A stretch of DNA of 63,152 nucleotides, filler included. It is 7 parts of 7 records of this genome, joined end to end, with 100 filler letters (N's around TTAATTAATTAA, not from the genome) between each part and the next. Parts side by side here need not be neighbours in the genome. Positions count along the whole stretch, not along the records: positions 55,198 to 63,152 come from DRR378314_944; 6 more parts are not named here. One strand, given 5' to 3'. A model generated the notes under the pieces. That model was not told where the DNA came from and made no database searches. It saw only the letters and a list, made by a program, of their open reading frames with translations. The position numbers and the translations under genes are program-made. Below, one piece after another: positions 59,072 to 63,152 of the stretch (its first letter is position 1; each line of letters opens with the position of its first letter).

Positions 59072-59106
59072 AAATGCGGGCGGCTGATAAAAAATCAACC
59101 GCCCGC
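59072..59106 (-). promoter_or_regulatory. Hairpin downstream of ftsN (likely terminator) overlapping a putative sigma-32 promoter for hslVU
   Basis: A 13-bp inverted repeat at 59076-59088/59094-59106. The minus strand reads GGTTGATT-N13-CCGCATTT, similar to the sigma-32 consensus CTTGAA-N13/14-CCCCATNT. Confidence 0.5.
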
Positions 59107-59198
59107 TAAATAAAGCTGTTAGATAAAGTGTTTTTTTAACGGGGCTTATGACGATGAAAGCCTGTCTAGCCCTTGGGTTAAAATAGTCTGTGGTTAGA

Positions 59199-59984
59199 CT
59201 AGTTCTGCAGTTGGATCAGCAGTGGCTCAATGCCTTGTGTGGCCATTAAGTCTTGGGCGCGGTTAAGCTCCCGGGTATCTTCATAAGGGCCTACTTGAAC
59301 ACGGTGCCAAGTATCGCCATTAGCCTTTACTTCGCTAACTTGGGCCAGCAGGCTTAAGTTGCGCAGACGGCCACGCAACTGCTCGGCATCGCTTAGCTCC
59401 CGAAACGACGCGGCCTGTAGCATGTAGCGGTTAGGCGTGTTGCTGGCAGGCGCTTGCTGGGCAGCGGCCACTTGCTCTTCAGGGCGCATATTAGCTGCAA
59501 TAACCTGAGCAATAGGGTCATCGTTCTGACGCGCACTTGCGTTGCTTGTCGTTGTTTCGTTGCTGGTCGTTGTTTCGTTAGTTGTCGCGTTGTTACTTGC
59601 CGTCGTTTGTTCCTGCTGTGCTGCTGCCTCGGGGCGGTTCACGGTTGATGGCAGTGACACGCCTGGAGCAATGACTTCTGTGTCTGGCAGCAGCGTGTAG
59701 AACTCAAACGTTGGCATTGATGGCTCGGCGACGGTTTCTGTTTGACGCGCAGCGCTGCGCTCATCGCTGTCAGCAGGCTTAGGCAAGACAGTCGCTTGGG
59801 GCGTGTCTTCCTGCTCTTGCCAAGGAGCTGTGCCATGTTGATGCTGCGCTAGGAAGAAGCCTGCCGCTAAACCTGCTATCCCCCAAAGCCAGCCAGGAAT
59901 TTTGAATCCGCCACCTGAGCTTTTGCTGGCTTTGCGCTGAGAGGTTGCGCCTCGGCGGGCGGGCTTCTCTTTTGGGCTGGCCAT
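59199..59984 (-). CDS. ftsN: SPOR-domain cell division protein (FtsN-like)
   Basis: Basic N-terminus, one TM helix, FEFYTLLP motif, low-complexity linker and SPOR domain (YMLQAASFR...WHRVQVGPY). It sits in priA-argS-ftsN-hslVU synteny. Confidence 0.85.
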   Translation of the reverse strand: MASPKEKPARRGATSQRKASKSSGGGFKIPGWLWGIAGLAAGFFLAQHQHGTAPWQEQEDTPQATVLPKPADSDERSAARQTETVAEPSMPTFEFYTLLPDTEVIAPGVSLPSTVNRPEAAAQQEQTTASNNATTNETTTSNETTTSNASARQNDDPIAQVIAANMRPEEQVAAAQQAPASNTPNRYMLQAASFRELSDAEQLRGRLRNLSLLAQVSEVKANGDTWHRVQVGPYEDTRELNRAQDLMATQGIEPLLIQLQN

Positions 59985-59987
59985 CGC

Positions 59988-61673
59988 TTACATCTCCTCT
60001 GGGGCGCTAACCCCCATAAGATCAAGGCCGTTGCGAAGCACCTGCTTGGTTGCTAGGCCAAGAGCTAAGCGTGTGTTGCGCAGGGTATCGTCTTCGACCA
60101 TGACTTTAACGGCGTTGTAGCAGGTGTGGAAATCACCCGAAAGATCCAATAGATACTGAGCAACCTGCTGGGGCTCACGATTTTTAGCGGCGTTTTCAAC
60201 CACTTCTGGGTAGCGTGCCAAGCGATTAAGCACGGCCTTTTCCTGGTCGCTATCGAGCAGTGCGAGGTTAGCTAGAGCGACGCTGTGGTTGAATGGCTGG
60301 TCTGCATCTTCGGCTTTGCGCAGCATGCTGGATACCCGCGCATGGGCGTATTGAATGTAATACACCGGGTTATCGTTCGACTGCGAGCGTGCCAAGTCGA
60401 TATCAAAAGTAAGCTGCGAGTCCGCCCGGCGTGCGGCCAGGAAGAAGCGGGTAGCATCACGGCCAACTTCATCAATCAGGTCGCGCACGGTGACATAGCT
60501 GCCAGCACGTTTGGACAGTTTTACCTCTACGCCTGAGCGGGTCACCATCACCATTTGATGCAGAACGTAGTCGGGCCAGCCTTTGGGAATGCCGACCTCT
60601 AGTGCCTGCAAGCCAGCGCGAACACGGGTAACTGTGGAGTGGTGGTCAGCACCTTGCTCATTAATCACGGTTTTAAAGCCGCGTTGCCACTTATTCAGGT
60701 GGTAGGCCACATCCGGCAAGAAGTAGGTGTAGCCACCTTCCCGTTTGCGCATCACGCGGTCTTTGTCATCTCCAAAGTCAGTGGTGCGCAGCCACATGGC
60801 GCCGTCTTCTTCGTACGTATGGCCATTCGCAACGAGCTTCTCAACGGTCGCGTCTACTTTGCCGTCTTGATAAAGCGATGACTCAAGGAAGTAGACGTCA
60901 AACTCAACGCCAAACGCTTTCAGGTCTAAATCCTGTTCTCGGCGTAGCCAAGCGACAGCGAAGGCCTGAATGGCATCTAGATCATTAGCATCTGCTTTAG
61001 CGGTGACTTCACGGTCATCGGCTGCCACCGTTTTGCCCGCCATGTAGTCATTAGCCACATCAACGATGTATTCACCGCGGTAGCCGTCTTCTGGCCAGCT
61101 GGGATCGTCTGGCCCAAGGCCCTTGGCGCGAGCTTGAACAGAAAGCGCCAGATTTTTGATCTGGGCACCGGCATCGTTGTAATAAAATTCGCGCGTCACA
61201 TCGTAGCCGGTGGCTTCTAACAGGCGGCAAATACAGTCGCCTATTGCTGCGCCACGGCCATGGCCAACATGAAGAGGTCCTGTCGGGTTGGCAGAAACAA
61301 ACTCCACCTGGACTTTCTCGCCCTTGCCAATCAGGCTGCGGCCAAAGGCATCGCCGCTATCGAGCACCTGAGCAACAATTTGAGCGGCCGCATCTGTGGC
61401 AGCAAAAAAATTAATAAAGCCGGGGCCAGCAATCTCGGTTTTTTGAATGGCATCGCTCGCAGGGAGGGCGGCGACCAGTAGGTCGGCTAGCTCGCGCGGC
61501 TTCTTTGCTGCGGGCTTCGCCAGCATAAGGGCTAGGTTGGTGGCGTAGTCGCCGTGTGCTTTATCTTTAGTGGGGTCAACTTTAATCGTCGGCTGTAGAT
61601 CGTCGGGCAGCACGCCTTGGTGCTTAAGCGCGTCAATCGCGCCTTCTAGCAAAGTAACAATTGTGTCTTTCAT
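59988..61673 (-). CDS. argS: Arginine--tRNA ligase
   Basis: [47 protein letters not shown] and terminal APEEM. Confidence 0.98.
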   Translation of the reverse strand: MKDTIVTLLEGAIDALKHQGVLPDDLQPTIKVDPTKDKAHGDYATNLALMLAKPAAKKPRELADLLVAALPASDAIQKTEIAGPGFINFFAATDAAAQIVAQVLDSGDAFGRSLIGKGEKVQVEFVSANPTGPLHVGHGRGAAIGDCICRLLEATGYDVTREFYYNDAGAQIKNLALSVQARAKGLGPDDPSWPEDGYRGEYIVDVANDYMAGKTVAADDREVTAKADANDLDAIQAFAVAWLRREQDLDLKAFGVEFDVYFLESSLYQDGKVDATVEKLVANGHTYEEDGAMWLRTTDFGDDKDRVMRKREGGYTYFLPDVAYHLNKWQRGFKTVINEQGADHHSTVTRVRAGLQALEVGIPKGWPDYVLHQMVMVTRSGVEVKLSKRAGSYVTVRDLIDEVGRDATRFFLAARRADSQLTFDIDLARSQSNDNPVYYIQYAHARVSSMLRKAEDADQPFNHSVALANLALLDSDQEKAVLNRLARYPEVVENAAKNREPQQVAQYLLDLSGDFHTCYNAVKVMVEDDTLRNTRLALGLATKQVLRNGLDLMGVSAPEEM

Positions 61674-61829
61674 TTAAATATCCGAATGTCGTCAGTGGCG
61701 GCGTGTGCATGCGCTCATGTTAGGCAGCGGCAAAGCGGTCATTATCGGCAATTGGCGCGCAGTTTCAAAGCCGTATTACGTTACAGGGCGAGCCAATGGC
61801 CCACGATATGTCTATCTCTACGCGAGACT

Positions 61830-63152
61830 CTACGCGAGAGTTTGCGGGTCAATGTCGATTGACCATCGGACTTTGCGCGCCTCACGATTGGCTTCTAACC
61901 ACTGTACCAGCCAGTTAGCAGCGGTATGGCGCTGGCTACGTTTGTCTGCTGCCAGCATGATGTGCACATGATAACGGTTTTGGCGGCGCTCCATGGGAGC
62001 TGGAACGGGGCCAAGGCAGCGCACCGGTAGTTTTACCATTGTTAACCATTGGTGAAGTGCTTGAGCAGCCTGCTGGCCCAAAGCGGTGGCGGCTTGCTCA
62101 TGGGGGCTTTCAATGCGTAGCAATGCCATAAAGCAAAAAGGCGGCAGCATAGCGAGGCGGCGCTCTTCCAAAAGGCTGCGGGCGAGTGCGCCATAACCGT
62201 GCTCCGCAAGTTGGCCCAAGTGCGGGTCATCTGGGTGCAGCGTTTGTACCAGAACCCGCCCTGGATGAGCGGCACGCCCAGCGCGACCGGCGACCTGCTC
62301 CAGCAACTGCGCGCTGTGTTCCAGCGCGCGAAAATCAGCAGCGTAAAGTCCACCGTCGGCATTAACGACGACGACCAGCGTGACATGGGGCAGGTGATGG
62401 CCTTTCGCCAGCATCTGGGTGCCGACGAGCAAGCATGGCTCGCCTCGCTGGATCTCTTTGAGTATCTGCTCAAAGCTTTCTTTTTTACGCGTACTGTCGC
62501 GGTCAATACGGTGAACGGTGACGTTTGGGAACAATCCCTGCAGCGTTTCTTCCGTTCGTTCGGTGCCGCTGCCCAGGGCGCGCAGGTCGCCGCTGCCACA
62601 CTCGGGGCAAGCGTCTGGTAGCGCGCGCCGACTATCGCAATGGTGGCAGGCCAAAAGGGGAGGCTGGCGGTGCAGCGTCATGCGCGAGTCGCACTGTCCG
62701 CACTCGGCGATCCACCCACAGCTATGGCAAGCCAGCGTTGGTGCGAATCCCCGTCGGTTAATAAAAACGAGCGCCTGCTTGCCTGACGCTAAGGTGTTTT
62801 TGATAGCGGTGATGGCGCCGGGCAGAAGCCCCCCCTGGCGTCGCTGATGACGTAGGTCAATCAATTCAAGTTTGGCTGGTGGGTGTCGGCTGGGACGCTG
62901 GGTGAGGCGCAGATGGCGATAGTGGCCAGAAAGCGCTTGCTGCAAACTCTCAAAAGAAGGCGTGGCGCTGCCTAACAGCAGGGGGATGTTGTGGTAATGA
63001 GCCCTGGCAACGGCTAAGTCCCGGGCGTGGTAGCGAAGCCCGTCGTGCTGTTTATAGGAGCCATCATGCTCTTCGTCGACGATAATGGCCCCTGGGTTTT
63101 TGAGTGGCGTAAAAATAGCCGAACGGGTGCCGATAATGACTAGCGCGCGGCC
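61830..63152 (-). CDS. priA: Primosomal protein N', 5'-truncated at the window edge
   Basis: The frame stays open to the edge (IIVDEEHD-SYKQ). NRRGFAP, four CxxC pairs, GTQMLAKGHH, QVAGRAGR and WSIDIDP. Confidence 0.97.
   Translation of the reverse strand, partial: GRALVIIGTRSAIFTPLKNPGAIIVDEEHDGSYKQHDGLRYHARDLAVARAHYHNIPLLLGSATPSFESLQQALSGHYRHLRLTQRPSRHPPAKLELIDLRHQRRQGGLLPGAITAIKNTLASGKQALVFINRRGFAPTLACHSCGWIAECGQCDSRMTLHRQPPLLACHHCDSRRALPDACPECGSGDLRALGSGTERTEETLQGLFPNVTVHRIDRDSTRKKESFEQILKEIQRGEPCLLVGTQMLAKGHHLPHVTLVVVVNADGGLYAADFRALEHSAQLLEQVAGRAGRAAHPGRVLVQTLHPDDPHLGQLAEHGYGALARSLLEERRLAMLPPFCFMALLRIESPHEQAATALGQQAAQALHQWLTMVKLPVRCLGPVPAPMERRQNRYHVHIMLAADKRSQRHTAANWLVQWLEANREARKVRWSIDIDPQTLA

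Noticed and set aside
61817-61839. Direct repeat TCTACGCGAGA x2 at the priA stop as an att site
   Set aside because: An 11-nt adjacent duplication with no integrase or inserted DNA. Probably slippage.

Overview
This window is not one locus. It is seven contig fragments joined by six identical 100-nt linkers (N44-TTAATTAATTAA-N44), and they come from at least three organisms. Fragment 1 (1-9283) is a gammaproteobacterial TCA cluster, sdhA'-sdhB-sucA-sucB-lpdA-sucC', which looks Marinobacter-like. Fragments 2-5 (9384-46585) are intron-rich DNA of an unidentified, probably flagellated eukaryote. By joining GT-AG introns in matching phase I rebuilt a TOG-domain gene (TOGARAM/Crescerin-like), Rtf1, a SET-domain gene with a signal-like N-terminus, an F-box/RCC1 gene, the N-terminus of a WDR63/IC140-like dynein chain, the TFIIA large subunit, CNOT10 and a PDE1-like phosphodiesterase. 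Fragments 6-7 (46686-63152) look Halomonadaceae-like: patatin, alpha/beta hydrolase, LexA box-umuDC, an NSS transporter, an M42 peptidase and mipA', then ubiJ'-ubiE-DUF971-hslUV-ftsN-argS-priA'. The most interesting signals are non-coding. Two paralogous GGA-hairpin RNAs of Csr/Rsm type flank a small zinc-ribbon ORF whose own leader carries ANGGA sites (53.6-54.4 kb). A branched 126-nt palindrome with two GGA loops lies after hslU, and a 30-aa membrane microprotein ORF lies upstream of umuD. Taxonomic and family calls are from recognised motifs only; no database search was run.
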